Source: Chiloscyllium plagiosum
Taxonomy: Eukaryota
Direction of reading: 5' to 3'
Length of the DNA stretch: 20,000 nucleotides
NCBI RefSeq assembly: GCF_004010195.1
Contig: NC_057718.1
Coordinates: 20,581,726-20,601,725 of the forward strand
Part shown: positions 10,088 through 20,000 of the stretch, piece by piece
Position numbering within the stretch: position 1 is the stretch's first letter
Layout of the letters: the number at the start of each line of letters is the position of its first letter
The notes under the pieces: model-generated
Database searches by the model: none
What the model was told of the DNA's origin: nothing
The model's input: the letters and a program-made list of their open reading frames with translations, nothing else
Position numbers and translations under genes: made by a program

Positions 10088-11197
10088 ATGTTGAATATGG
10101 GAGATCAGAAGCAGCCGAAAATGGTCCCAAAGTGCACCTCCTTCAGCATCAAGAGCTTGCTGCTCCCTGAAGCGGCTCAGCAGCAGCACAGCGACAGTAA
10201 CCAGGGCAGCAGAGCCGGCGACACCGAGCTCAAAGCTGACTTTAAATACCAGGACAGTCCGGAGACACAGCTCGCCCCTGCTGTGGAGGAGGAAGAGGAC
10301 GAGGAGCACAAAAAGGACGAGAAGAAACACGGCAAATACGACAAGCCGCCGTTCAGCTACAATGCCCTTATCATGATGGCAATCCGGCAGAGCCCGGACA
10401 AGAGGCTCACCCTGAACGGTATCTACGAGTTTATCATGAAGAATTTCCCTTACTATCGGGACAACAAGCAGGGCTGGCAGAACTCCATCCGCCACAACCT
10501 CAGCCTTAATAAGTGCTTCGTCAAGGTGCCCCGGCACTACGATGACCCGGGCAAAGGCAACTACTGGATGTTGGACCCGTCCAGCGACGATGTGTTCATC
10601 GGCGGAACCACGGGCAAACTGCGGCGGAGATCGGCCACCTCAAGGGGCAAGCTGGCTTTCAAAAGAGGGCTCCGCCTCTCTCCGTCTGGCCTCGGCTTGA
10701 TGGACCGGGGTAACCCTTTGTATTGGCCTCTGTCCCCCTTCCTGTCCCTGCATCATCCCCATAACAGCCTCAACTACAGCAGCGCTGCCTCGAGTTTCCT
10801 GAACCAAGCTCCCACTTACAGCTCCTTGCTTTCCGGTTGTGGGGCTGGCGTCGATCAGATGTCCAGCGGAGACCTCTCTCACCCATTGTTAAGGGGATCC
10901 GTACAGTGTGGTTTGACCAACGGATACACGGTGAACCCTTGCTCTGTGAGCTTGCTGTCCGGCCAGACCGGCTATTTCTTCCCGTCCCTGCATCACTCGC
11001 AGTCAGTGCAACACCAGAATGGAACGGGCATGGGCAACCCGGGCGCCACTTCCAGCTCTCCCCCAGCAGCCTCGCCCCTCATCACCGAGGCCCTCAGACC
11101 GTCTCTGTCCACTTTCCCGTCCGGACTCGCCGCTGGATTTACCAGCTACCTGTCACAGCAGAACGGAGGGGCTGCTGGAAATTCGTTTTTGCACTGA
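10088..11197 (+). CDS. foxg1-like: Forkhead box G transcription factor, single exon, 369 aa; FoxG1-like, probably the FoxG2 or FoxG3 paralogue
   Basis: N-terminus [25 protein letters not shown] parallels FoxG1 [24 protein letters not shown] (eh1 motif). Forkhead domain [96 protein letters not shown] at ~10343-10630. YWPLSPF Groucho-binding motif, [17 protein letters not shown] and LRPSL blocks. The true start is ATG 10088, not the TTG at 10013. Confidence 0.96.
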   Translation: MLNMGDQKQPKMVPKCTSFSIKSLLLPEAAQQQHSDSNQGSRAGDTELKADFKYQDSPETQLAPAVEEEEDEEHKKDEKKHGKYDKPPFSYNALIMMAIRQSPDKRLTLNGIYEFIMKNFPYYRDNKQGWQNSIRHNLSLNKCFVKVPRHYDDPGKGNYWMLDPSSDDVFIGGTTGKLRRRSATSRGKLAFKRGLRLSPSGLGLMDRGNPLYWPLSPFLSLHHPHNSLNYSSAASSFLNQAPTYSSLLSGCGAGVDQMSSGDLSHPLLRGSVQCGLTNGYTVNPCSVSLLSGQTGYFFPSLHHSQSVQHQNGTGMGNPGATSSSPPAASPLITEALRPSLSTFPSGLAAGFTSYLSQQNGGAAGNSFLH

Positions 11198-11885
11198 TCT
11201 AGGCCCAGGAAGTGACAGTAGGTAGCAAACAATGCTATGCAAAACTACAGCTGCACCTTACTTCAGGAAATCTGTGCTGATATATCCGCTAGATTATTAT
11301 ATCTGGTTTTAGACGAAACTTGACTCTTATATGCTGTGAGGGAAAAAAATCATTTAATAATTCCCGAGGCTGTAGTTTCATCCTGTAGTAATCATAATGT
11401 CGAAGGTATCTTGCACATGTGCTACTGCAACAACGGAAAGATGCTCCTGCCTTTTTTATAGTTTAATTGTAAAGGGAGAAAAACAAAAAAAAATGCAACC
11501 GGTTTCCTTTGCAATATTAACGTGGCACAAAGGGAAAACGTTACCTTTAGTCTGAAACCTGGACTTCTCTTTAACCAAAGGTAACACTATTGCATAATCT
11601 AAAATACTATCGAAACGTTTGGAGTATGTTTGTTTTTTTTTGCTCTTGTGTGTTCAACACTATTTATTATTTATAAAGATGTACATATATGTATTTATAA
11701 TTTAATAAGTTGCACAATAATGTCTCCCTAACATTGTAGGTTATTTAATTCTCTTGTACTAATTAACTTGGAAGTAGTAGCATATGTGGTGACATTTTAT
11801 TTTTCGCTATCTGAAATGGTTGCACCATTATTTTTATTCATCTCTATAAAAGCGCCTTAATAAACACAGACAAACAGGGGTTTCT
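11198..11885 (+). promoter_or_regulatory. FoxG 3' UTR with post-transcriptional elements and polyadenylation signal
   Basis: TAACCAAAG 11572-11580 (complement of miR-9 nt 2-10); AATGCAA 11492-11498 (miR-33 7mer-A1); TGCAATA 11510-11516 (miR-25/92 7mer-A1); Pumilio element TGTACATA 11680-11687; TATTTAT AU-rich elements 11661-11700; AATAAA 11859-11864. Confidence 0.7.
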
Positions 11886-12717
11886 GTAAAACGTGGACCG
11901 CTGTGAAATATTTATTTCTTCTTCGAATGATCATAGTCTTAAAATGCCGGCTCCTTGTTTGCACTGCTCAGGACTTCTCCCCCGAATTATTTCAACAGAG
12001 ACAGATAAATATGAGCACAAATTTCACAAGTACTTTATTTTTGGCGTGTGTATGTGTTTGTGTGTGCATTAGATTGTCTTCAACACATTTAAACGGTGTG
12101 TTACAACTTGAAAACGAAATCGCGAAAACATTTTTTTTGCACAACTCAGCCTGTTAAGGATTTCCTCAAAAAAAAACTTGGTTTTTGAAAGGTCAGAAAC
12201 CTTTTGCCGAAACTTGAGTTATTTGTGGGTTGTTTTGATGGGAAGGTATTTGATTGGAGGCGAGAATCTTTATGGAAATAGTTATCTTGCCAGAAGCGTC
12301 AAACTACATGGAATTATAATGAGTGCCAAGACCGAGGGAGTGATAAAATCCCACAGACTGCGTGTCTGTACAATTGTACATAATTGCTCAGAGAAACACA
12401 TGTCAGCTCGCCTATATTAGACGGAAGATGTATTTTGTTTGTAATGTGGCCCAATCTTCATATCGAATACCATTTGCCCTGCAGTTTTCTCTTTATATTT
12501 TGTATGTACAGTTTTCGTCATAACTGATGTCCGAGCCTCTCCATCCAGGGAAGGAAATTGTTTTGTGATGAATTTGAAACTGATCGAGTAATGCAGACGC
12601 AAATCGAAATTCGCAAATGCATTAGACTGAGCGGGAAGTCATTTATTAATCTCAGGCAATGACTTCGAAGCGATCCCACCGATCAGCTACAGTATATGTT
12701 TAGGGTTGTTGCTGAAG

Positions 12718-12749
12718 GTTTTATTTTCTCGTCGTTTTATTTTCTCGTC
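12718..12749. repeat. Perfect 16-bp tandem duplication
   Basis: GTTTTATTTTCTCGTC x2. Confidence 0.95.
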
Positions 12750-13009
12750 AGGGTGGACACGAATCTCTCTCTCTGAGTCTTATTGTGCTCAGAGCTGGGA
12801 GTCCCTCCTCCCTCCCTGCTTCGTGCACTGAGGATAGTAAACATAGGGATTGATGCAAAACGTTACTGACAGGACAAGTCTGAGGGCGGGGAGAGAGAAA
12901 CCAGCAGAAGTCTATCTTGGTAGCTCCCGGTTATCCTCGTAATTCTTCCTGGCAGACCATTGCAGAGGCGAAGTAACAATAATTATCATGTTGGCTCACA
13001 ATCCCAAAC

Positions 13010-13057
13010 TGTGTGTGTGTGTATGAGAGAGAGAGAGAGACAGACGGAGAGACAGAG
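13010..13057. repeat. Compound (TG)n/(GA)n microsatellite
   Basis: Directly visible. Confidence 0.9.
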
Positions 13058-15294
13058 TCTGCGGGGTTTGTCCCACGGCAACAAAAAGTACACACTTTCA
13101 TTCATATGTTTGAATTCAGTTGAAAGTCTGCGATTCAATTCTATGATGTACTCCAATTTACTGCGAAAATAGCAGTGTGCTGCCTACTCTGATATCCATG
13201 AGCGGGTTCCACGCTCCTTTGTTACTTTGTTCGTTTTTTTTGTTAATGCTGGCTTCAGGTTCAGGGTTTCCCTGGCTCGTTCGAACGGAAGCAATACTAT
13301 TTCCCCGGCAGGCCCAGTGTAGCATGATCATTGTGTTCAGTGCAATGCACACGTCTGACTCCCGGGCGCTCCCGGAGCGATTTGAAGGGACGCTGATCCT
13401 TTGTTTGAAATGTACAATTTGTTTCGCAAACTAATTTTTCCGCAGAGTCCCTATTTATTTATTTTGCTTCAGGATTAGCATTCAAATCAATTATTTTAAT
13501 TGTTTACTGAACAACCGAGGACATAATATTCATGCAATACAATAACATAGAGAATCTTATTCAGAACGAGGCCTTATACCTATTTGCAGTTATTTTGCAG
13601 CTCGATGTTATAAAGGTACCCCTGGACAAGTGAATAAAACCAAAATATGTTCAAATCGCCAGTGTAAACATATTCGCTGCTTGTATGTTTGCTTTGTAAT
13701 GAAGCCTTGGTCCAGGCCTCCCGATGCTGCAGTCTACCTCACTATGCTGTTACATAAAGCGGAGCACACGCAACGACATTAGAAGGAGTACTGTCTTAAA
13801 TTTTTAAATCACGAAAAACAATCGTATTACATTCATTGCAACCGAATTGTTCCCTCTGCCTCTCGGTCTTCCTCTGTTATTGCTGGAGGGAGTTGGCAAT
13901 GATTAAACTCCTTCGCGATCATATTCGTTCGGTCTTAGACTCGTGCTGTGCATCCGATTCCTGACATTTGTACGTTTAGTGAATGGAATTCAATAAAAGA
14001 TTTACTCTGCATTATGAAAGCTATCTAATCTGGTATTCTGTGTACACTTCCATTTTGTGCTCTTTCCTATCTGTATTATGTACAAGTAAATTTGAAATGC
14101 CTTTAGTTGAATAGTTCTCAAAATTATAGGGTTAGAAAAATAAATATTTTTTGTCTTAAACTTCTTCCTCAACTTTTGGGTGACTAAAAAAAACACTATT
14201 AACAGAGCGAAAGAATCCTGCGGTTCGCTCGATTCCTTGTTTTGCGACGTTGCTAAAGTTTAATGGAGATGTAAGCATCTTCGTACAAAGTTGATGTTGC
14301 AAAACTCGGTATTTTCTGATGTGGCATTCATAAAATTAAAGAAATAGCTGCGGTGGGAGCTAATTTTTGACCTTGAGTTTATACCAACGTCAATTCCCCT
14401 TCGGATCGGCCTACTCCAGTCTTCCCCCGTTTCACGTCTTACCTCGGGTGCTTGTTTAATTCCGTGTGAGATTGACTCGGTTTTAATAGCCGCTTCAACA
14501 TTCTGTTGAAATAAAAACAAATTCCCAGTCTTCCTGAGTGTGTTTTGGAGCTAGTCTTGGTTTATGCCATTTCATATTCGGACACAATTTAGTCGTGAAT
14601 AAATAGTTTTGAGCAGAAAATAAGTTTACTTTCTATCAGGCAAAGTCTGTATATAAACGGAACAAAATGTCTTGCATAACTTAATTTTTAAAAATGCAAA
14701 TAAGACACTTGTTTTCAGGACCAGAGCAGATTAGGTTTTAGTTCATAAGGATGCCTCAGTTTCGGCCCCCTCCCCATTTTGATGAGGGTTACTTAGGACA
14801 TAGCTCCGGAGCTCTGAGACTAACGCATCGATCTGAAAGAGGTTGAAAGGATCTATGGACCGTCTGAATTACATTGCTTCCTTTCAGTCCATATTTTTAA
14901 ATATCATCGCGTTGTAATGCTGGGATGACAGTTTAATGCTGTAATTGTAAATACCTTGGATTGTACGTGAACATATAACAATGGGTTTCTGTTAACCATT
15001 TGTCAGTTTGTAGGTTCTGTGAAATAGTGAATGAAAAGTAACATTTTCACTCAGATATACCTTTAAAGTGCACAAGATGCCAGTTTTTCCTCACTACAGA
15101 TATTAAATAGGAAGAGTAAGACAAACCCTATACCATTAGACAGGAATATAAACAATTCTTTCATCATTGCATGTGCAGCCCCGTTCCATGTCCCTTTTCT
15201 CTGCCAGTAATAGGCCAAACCACAGCAGTTCATAACGAGACGTTGGGAATCCTTTTTAAACCTCTGTTCTTGCCATATGTTTTGATATAAAATT

Positions 15295-15540
15295 ATCAAA
15301 TCTTACCCCACAGAAGGAAACAATTCGGCCCATTGTGTCCATGCCGGCTCTTTAAAAAAAATTGCTCCCAGTTTCCACCCTTTTCCTACAGCCCTGCATT
15401 TCTCCCATTTTTAAAGTAAGTTCCGTTTTGAAAGTTACAATTGAATCTGCCCCGAAACCTGTAGGCCGTGCAGTTTAGATCGTGACTGTTTGTATAATAT
15501 ATATATTTTAAAAATCCTCATCCCCCTTCTGGCTCTGTGA
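15295..15540 (-). mobile_element. Degraded CR1 LINE 3' end
   Basis: cacagaaggaaacaattcggcccattgtgtccatgccggctc is the reverse complement of a CR1 3' UTR motif (tgggccgaatggcc-type; compare gatgggccaaatggcc near 4416-4431). Confidence 0.65.
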
Positions 15541-16628
15541 CAAACCTGCAAAATGTGGAAATTCTGGAAAATGTGACCTGCTTGTCTCTGTGAGTTGCTG
15601 AAGTGAATGCTTAAAGCAGAATATTGCAGATACCGACCCCATGAGATACTTTAATTAACGGGGTATCTGGACCTTTTTAAGGTTAAAAAAATCTAGTTAA
15701 TTTCAAAATTCGATTGAAGCAACTAAATTGCCGACATTTGTACTGAATTAAATTATACCGAACGTTACATTACTGGCAGATCACACGGGATTGAATGATG
15801 TCAAACCTATCATTTGTGATGCTACATGGGATGGAGGTTCTTCACGTTTTAAAAGCCCAGTGTCCAAACTAGCACAACTGGGGTGCCCCATACGACAAGC
15901 AGTTGTGCGTATGTTCGTTTTGTTTAGTAGCGTTGACGTTACATGAAACCTTCAGTTGTGTTTTAGGACTTGCCAGGTTTTTCAAATCTTTCCAAAGAAA
16001 CTGAACAGTGCAGCACTAGCAAATAACTCAGCAACTCCACATTCACTGAGCGATGTGTACTTGCCGAAAATTATAATTATCGTCTGGTTTAAAATATGTG
16101 AACTATAGCTATCGATGGTTTAACTGAGAGATTAAACGCTTTGAAACGTTACGAAATGCATCCTTGCAAATCCTGCAGCTTGCACTGAGGTAATGTGGAA
16201 TTAATTCATCATAACTCTTAACACACGTGTGAAACTCGAGCTTTTCCTGCTGATGGGTACATTGTGTGTATCTCAGCGTGTGTGAACCTTGTTTCGTGAT
16301 ATCTGTGTGTATCTGTTGAACATTGTATATCCATATCCGTATGTGTGGGTGCCTACCCGTCTGACCTTTTCAAGCCCTTGTAGATTTTTTTTTCTGTAGC
16401 TTCTTCTCCCCTCGCATGTTAGGCTGTTGGTTTTCGTGCGGGATGGAAGCCCAAATGTCTTCACTCTCAACGACACTGAGATGAGAAAATGTGGGAAGGA
16501 CCATTTTTTAAAGCTGCACAAACATATTAAGCAAACAAAAGGCTACATGGGAGATGGATGTCTGGGCCTGGTCCTTGAGGTATAGGGACATCTACAGTGC
16601 TGTTAGGAAGGGACTTTCGGGATTTCCA

Positions 16629-16872
16629 GTGGCACTGTGGCTCAATGGTTAACACTGCTGCCTTACAGCGCCAGGGTCTCGGGTTCGATTCCGCCCTCAG
16701 GCGAGTGTCTGCATGGGTTTGCTCCGGTTTCCTCCCACAGTATAACGTTGTACAGGTTAGGGAGATTAGCCATGGGGGAATGCAGGGTTACAGGGATAGA
16801 GTAAGGGGTGGATCCCGGTAGAATGCTGTTTGGAGAATGGATCGAATGGCCTGCTGCCCGACCGTAGAGATT
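16629..16872 (+). mobile_element. tRNA-derived V-SINE (HE1-like shark SINE)
   Basis: A box TGGCTCAATGG 16638-16648, B box GGTTCGATTCC 16682-16692, V-core tgtctgcatgggtttgctccggtttcctcccacag, CR1-derived tail gatcgaatggcctgc. The host LINE resumes at 16873. Confidence 0.85.
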
Positions 16873-17244
16873 GACCTAGTGACAGCCCAGAAGTCGCCAT
16901 GAATTTGCACGTCAGGGGAACTTGCAAGTGGTGGTGTTCCCGTAGATTTCATGACGTTGCCCTTCTAGGTGGTAGGAAGTCACCAGTTGGGAAAGTATCA
17001 TGGAGCCTTGCAGAATTGCTGTGGTGCATCTTGTAGATGAAACACAATGCTGCCACTATGTTTTGGTGTTGGAGGTGGTTGATGGAACACCAATCAAGCC
17101 GTCCCTTTACTGGTGTCAAGCTTCTTGATTTTTATTGGAGCTGCACTCATCAGGGCAAGTGGAGTGTATTCAATCATGTTAACTTGTGCACTGCAGGTCA
17201 TGGAAGGATTGGGAAACAAGAGGAGAGTTACTTAGAAATCCTAG

Positions 17245-17598
17245 GATAAAATGAGGACTGCAGATTCTGGAGATCACAGTCAAGAGTGTGGTGCTAGAAA
17301 AACACATCAGGTCAAGCAGTATCCGAGGAGCAGGAGAATCCACCTTTCCTTTTCAGCCCTTCATCAGGAATGAGCCTTGTGAGCCAAGAGGTTAGAGAGA
17401 TAAATGGGAGGGGGATGTAGCTGAGAGTGCCATAGGTGGATGAAGGTGGGGGTAATGGTGATAGGTTGGAGAGGAGGGTGGAGCAGATAGGTGGGAAGGA
17501 AGATGGACAGGTAGGACAGGTCATGAGAGCGTTGCTGAGTTGAATGGTTGCATCTGGAATATGGTGGGGGAGGGGAAATGAGGAAACTGGTGAAATCC
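17245..17598 (-). mobile_element. Penelope-like element 3' fragment inserted into the LINE
   Basis: Colinear with 19576-19935 (atgaggactgcagattctggagatc ... aatgaggaaactggtgaaatcc). Degenerate hammerhead (CTGATGA at 17367-17361, stem II broken). Flanked by GAAATCCTAG / GAAATCCTTG. Confidence 0.85.
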
Positions 17599-18799
17599 TT
17601 GCCTCTGACCTATTCTTGTAACCATTGTATTTATGTAGCTGGCGTAGTTCAGTTTCTGTTTGATTGTAACCCCCAGGATGTTGGTAATGAGAGATTCAAC
17701 AATAGCAATTCTATGAAGTATCAAGGGTTGGTGGTTGGATTCTCTCTTATTGGAGATTTGCATTGCCTGGCACTTGTGTGGCGCAAATGTTACTTGCCAC
17801 TTCAGAGACCAAAGCTTGATGTTATCCAGACCTTGCTTGCATATGGACACAGGCTGTTTCATTATCTGAGGAGTCACAAATAGTTTTGAATATTGTGCAA
17901 TCATCAGCAAACATCCCCACTTCTGACCTTACCATGGAGGGAAAAGTCATTATTGAAATAGCTGATGATGGTTGGGCTTAGGACATTGGTAAACTCTTGC
18001 AGAATTGTTCTGGGGATGAGATGATTGACTTGTAACAACCACAACCATTTTCATTTGTACTAAATATGACTCCAAGCAGTGAAGAGATCTCTCCCTGGTT
18101 CCCATGAACTCCAGTTTTGCTAGATCTCCTTGAAGCTGCTTTTGGCTAAATGCTAACTTGATGTCAATGGCAGTGACTCTCACCTCACCTCTGGAGTTCA
18201 GCTCTTTTACCCTTGTTTGGACTAAGGCTGTAATAAGGCCAGGAGCTGTATGACCCTGCTGGAACTCAAAACTAAGTAGCAGTAAGCAGGTTATTCCATT
18301 GTAAGTACAGTTTGATGGCACAATCAATTACCTCTTCATTAGTAATTGGGATTGGACTGTAAGGATGTTATTTGGCTAAGTTATATTTGTTTTGCTTTTT
18401 GTGTACAAGATATACAAAGGCAATTTTCCACATTGTTGGGTAGATGCCAGTATTGTACCTATACTGTCAGAGTCTGGCCAGGTGCAGGTCTAGCTTTAGA
18501 GCATAAGTCTTCAGTACCGCTGGTAGTATGTTGTCAAGGCCCTTGACCTGTGTAGTGTCCAGCATCTTCAGTTACTTCTTGACATGATGTGGAGTCAATC
18601 AAATTGGTTGAAGACTGGCATCTGTAACCACTCACTTCTCAAGTGTAAGGAAACCAACACATTGTCTTCCAGATTTGGGTCACCTAGATTGCTTCTTTCT
18701 CTATACGAACATCTTGGCATTTCGCTATATCAATTGTCATTGTTGCTTTGGGCTCCTGGTCATCAGGCTTGAAATGCTATTACATAGTTAGTGGCTGAT

Positions 18800-19015
18800 T
18801 GAAGTGTAATCATTTAAAGGATTTAGGTGAAACTTCTTTAAACAAAAAATAGTGAGACTGTGGACCTTGCTGCCACAGGGAGTAGTTGATGCGAATAGCA
18901 TGACTACTTTGAAAGGGATGTAATATAAATACTTGGCAGAGAAAGGAGTAGATTAAGAATGTGTTAGTGGGGTTAGATGAAAAGAGAGGAAGAAGGAAGC
19001 TTGTGCAGATCAGTG
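18800..19015 (+). mobile_element. Old CR1 LINE 3' fragment
   Basis: aacttctttaaacaaaaaatagtgagactgtggaccttgctgccacagggagtagttgatgcg encodes NFFKQKIVRLWTLLPQGVVDA, the same motif as the CR1 copies at 4100-4510. Confidence 0.7.
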
Positions 19016-19029
19016 GAGAAGAATATCTG

Positions 19030-19570
19030 TATTTCTTTTATTCCTTCATGGGCCATGAGTATTCCTAATCACCCATTCCTAATTGCAACTTGAATTGAGG
19101 GACTTGCAAGACAGTTTCACAGTCCATTTAAGTATTAACCACATTACAGCAGGGTCTACAGTGCACATGTAAGCCAGACCAGTAAAGGTGGCAAATTTCC
19201 TTCCCTAAAGGAAATTTGAATCAAGTGTTTTTTTGTTTAAAGCACTATCAATGATAGTTTCAAGGCCACATTTACTGAAACCAGTTTAATTCCAAAATAA
19301 TTCCTGGAGCTTTATTCTGTGCCTTTTTAATTTTTTTCAATAAATCATGGGATATGGGTGTCAATGGTTATGTTCATTTATTGCCCATCCCTAATTGCCC
19401 AGGAGAAGGTAGTGGTGAGCTGCCTTCATGAACTGTATGGTGTAGGGACACAATGCTGTTAGGAAGAGCATTTCACAACTTTGATCCAGTGACAGTGAAG
19501 GAATAGTGATACAGTTCCAAGTCAGAATGTTTCCCTGCATCTGTCTCTGGATCACTAGTCCAGTGACATC
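19030..19570 (-). mobile_element. Deu-SINE (SacSINE1-like), with its tRNA head (~19545-19570) separated by a LINE fragment
   Basis: aaccacattacagcagggtctacagtgcacatgtaagccagaccagtaaaggtggcaaatttccttccctaaagg resembles the Deu core (recognised from memory). Its 3' tail cccattcctaattgc matches the LINE tail cccatccctaattgc at 19384-19398. Confidence 0.65.
19330..19543 (-). mobile_element. CR1/L2 LINE 3'-terminal fragment
   Basis: catgggatatgggtgtc..tttattgcccatccctaattgccc..gctgttaggaag; same family as 16546-16625 and 1860-2050. Confidence 0.7.
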
Positions 19571-19575
19571 TCTAA

Positions 19576-20000
19576 GGAGAAAGTGAGGTCTGCAGATGCT
19601 GGAGATCAGAGCTGGAAATGTGTTGCTGGAAAAGCGCAGCAGGTCAGGCAGCATCCAGGGAACAGGAGAATCGACGTTTCGGGCATAAGCCCTTCTTCAG
19701 GAATGAGGAAAGTTTGTCCAGCAGGCTAAGATAAAAGGTAGGGAGGAGGGACTTGGGGTAGGGGCGTCGGAAATGTGATAGGTGGAAAGAGGTCAAGGTG
19801 AGGGTGATAGGTCAGACTGGGGTGGGGGCAGAGAGGTCAGGAAGAAGATTGCAGGTTAGGAAGGCAGTGCTGAGTTCGATGGATTTGACTGAGACAAGGT
19901 GGGGGGAGGGAGAATGAGGAAACTGGTGAAATCCGAGTTCATCCCTTGTGGTTGGACGGTTCCTAGGTGGAAGATAAGGCGCTCTTCCTCCAACCGTCGT
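19576..20000 (-). mobile_element. Young Penelope-like element: end of GIY-YIG endonuclease ORF plus 3' pseudo-LTR with hammerhead; runs off the window
   Basis: Minus frame from 19999 reads RRLEEERLIFHLGTVQPQGMNSDFTSF...* (stop 19858-19856), the E..GxN C-terminal GIY-YIG signature of PLEs. CpGs are retained. Confidence 0.88.
19669..19704 (-). ncRNA. Minimal type I hammerhead ribozyme motif (PLE-associated)
   Basis: Minus strand AUUC-CUGAAGA-A-GGGC-UUAU-GCCC-GAA-ACGU-C^GAUU: intact core, stem II, palindromic ACGU stem III, GUC triplet. Confidence 0.78.

Larger units (their letters stand above)
16546..18625 (-). mobile_element. CR1/L2-clade LINE, 5'-truncated, decayed reverse transcriptase, interrupted by a SINE and a PLE
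   Basis: Minus-strand frames give FEFQQGHTAPGLITALVQTRVKELNSRGEVRVTAIDIKLAF (RT domains 2-3), MFADD (RT catalytic motif, ~17900-17914) and WSLKWQVTFAPHKCQAM..ILGVTI. Many frameshifts. Confidence 0.9.

Noticed and set aside
10061..11225. Overlapping antisense and alternative-frame ORFs (158, 80, 121 and 68 aa)
   Set aside because: Expected shadows of a GC3-rich CDS; no recognisable protein features.
14803..14814. 12-bp palindrome AGCTCCGGAGCT (also CGCTCC-C-GGAGCG near 13367)
   Set aside because: Palindromes this short are expected by chance in 20 kb.
16629..16700. tRNA-like sequence with A and B boxes
   Set aside because: It is a SINE head continuing into a V-core and LINE tail, not a tRNA gene.

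Overview
Vertebrate genomic DNA, very probably a cartilaginous fish. The repeat families (HE1/V-SINE, HER1/CR1 LINEs, Deu-SINE, Penelope-like elements) look like those of sharks; a carpet or bamboo shark is my inference. The only real protein-coding gene is an intronless forkhead box G gene on the + strand (ATG 10088 to TGA 11197, 369 aa). Its forkhead domain is almost identical to FoxG1 but its flanks are clearly diverged, so it is probably a FoxG2/FoxG3 ohnologue rather than FoxG1 itself. It has a GC-box/CCAAT promoter and a 3' UTR with a miR-9 site, a Pumilio element and AATAAA. It sits in a roughly 9.5-kb CpG-retaining island with no recognisable transposons. The flanks hold nested CR1/L2 LINEs, SINEs and three Penelope-like fragments, two of which keep minimal hammerhead ribozyme cores. 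The most unusual signal is at 825-1023: an apparently inverted piece of a Penelope-like element that looks heavily T-to-C (A-to-G on the minus strand) hypermutated in an ADAR-like context, possibly a genomic fossil of adenosine hyper-editing. That call depends partly on a family consensus recalled from memory and needs an alignment to confirm.
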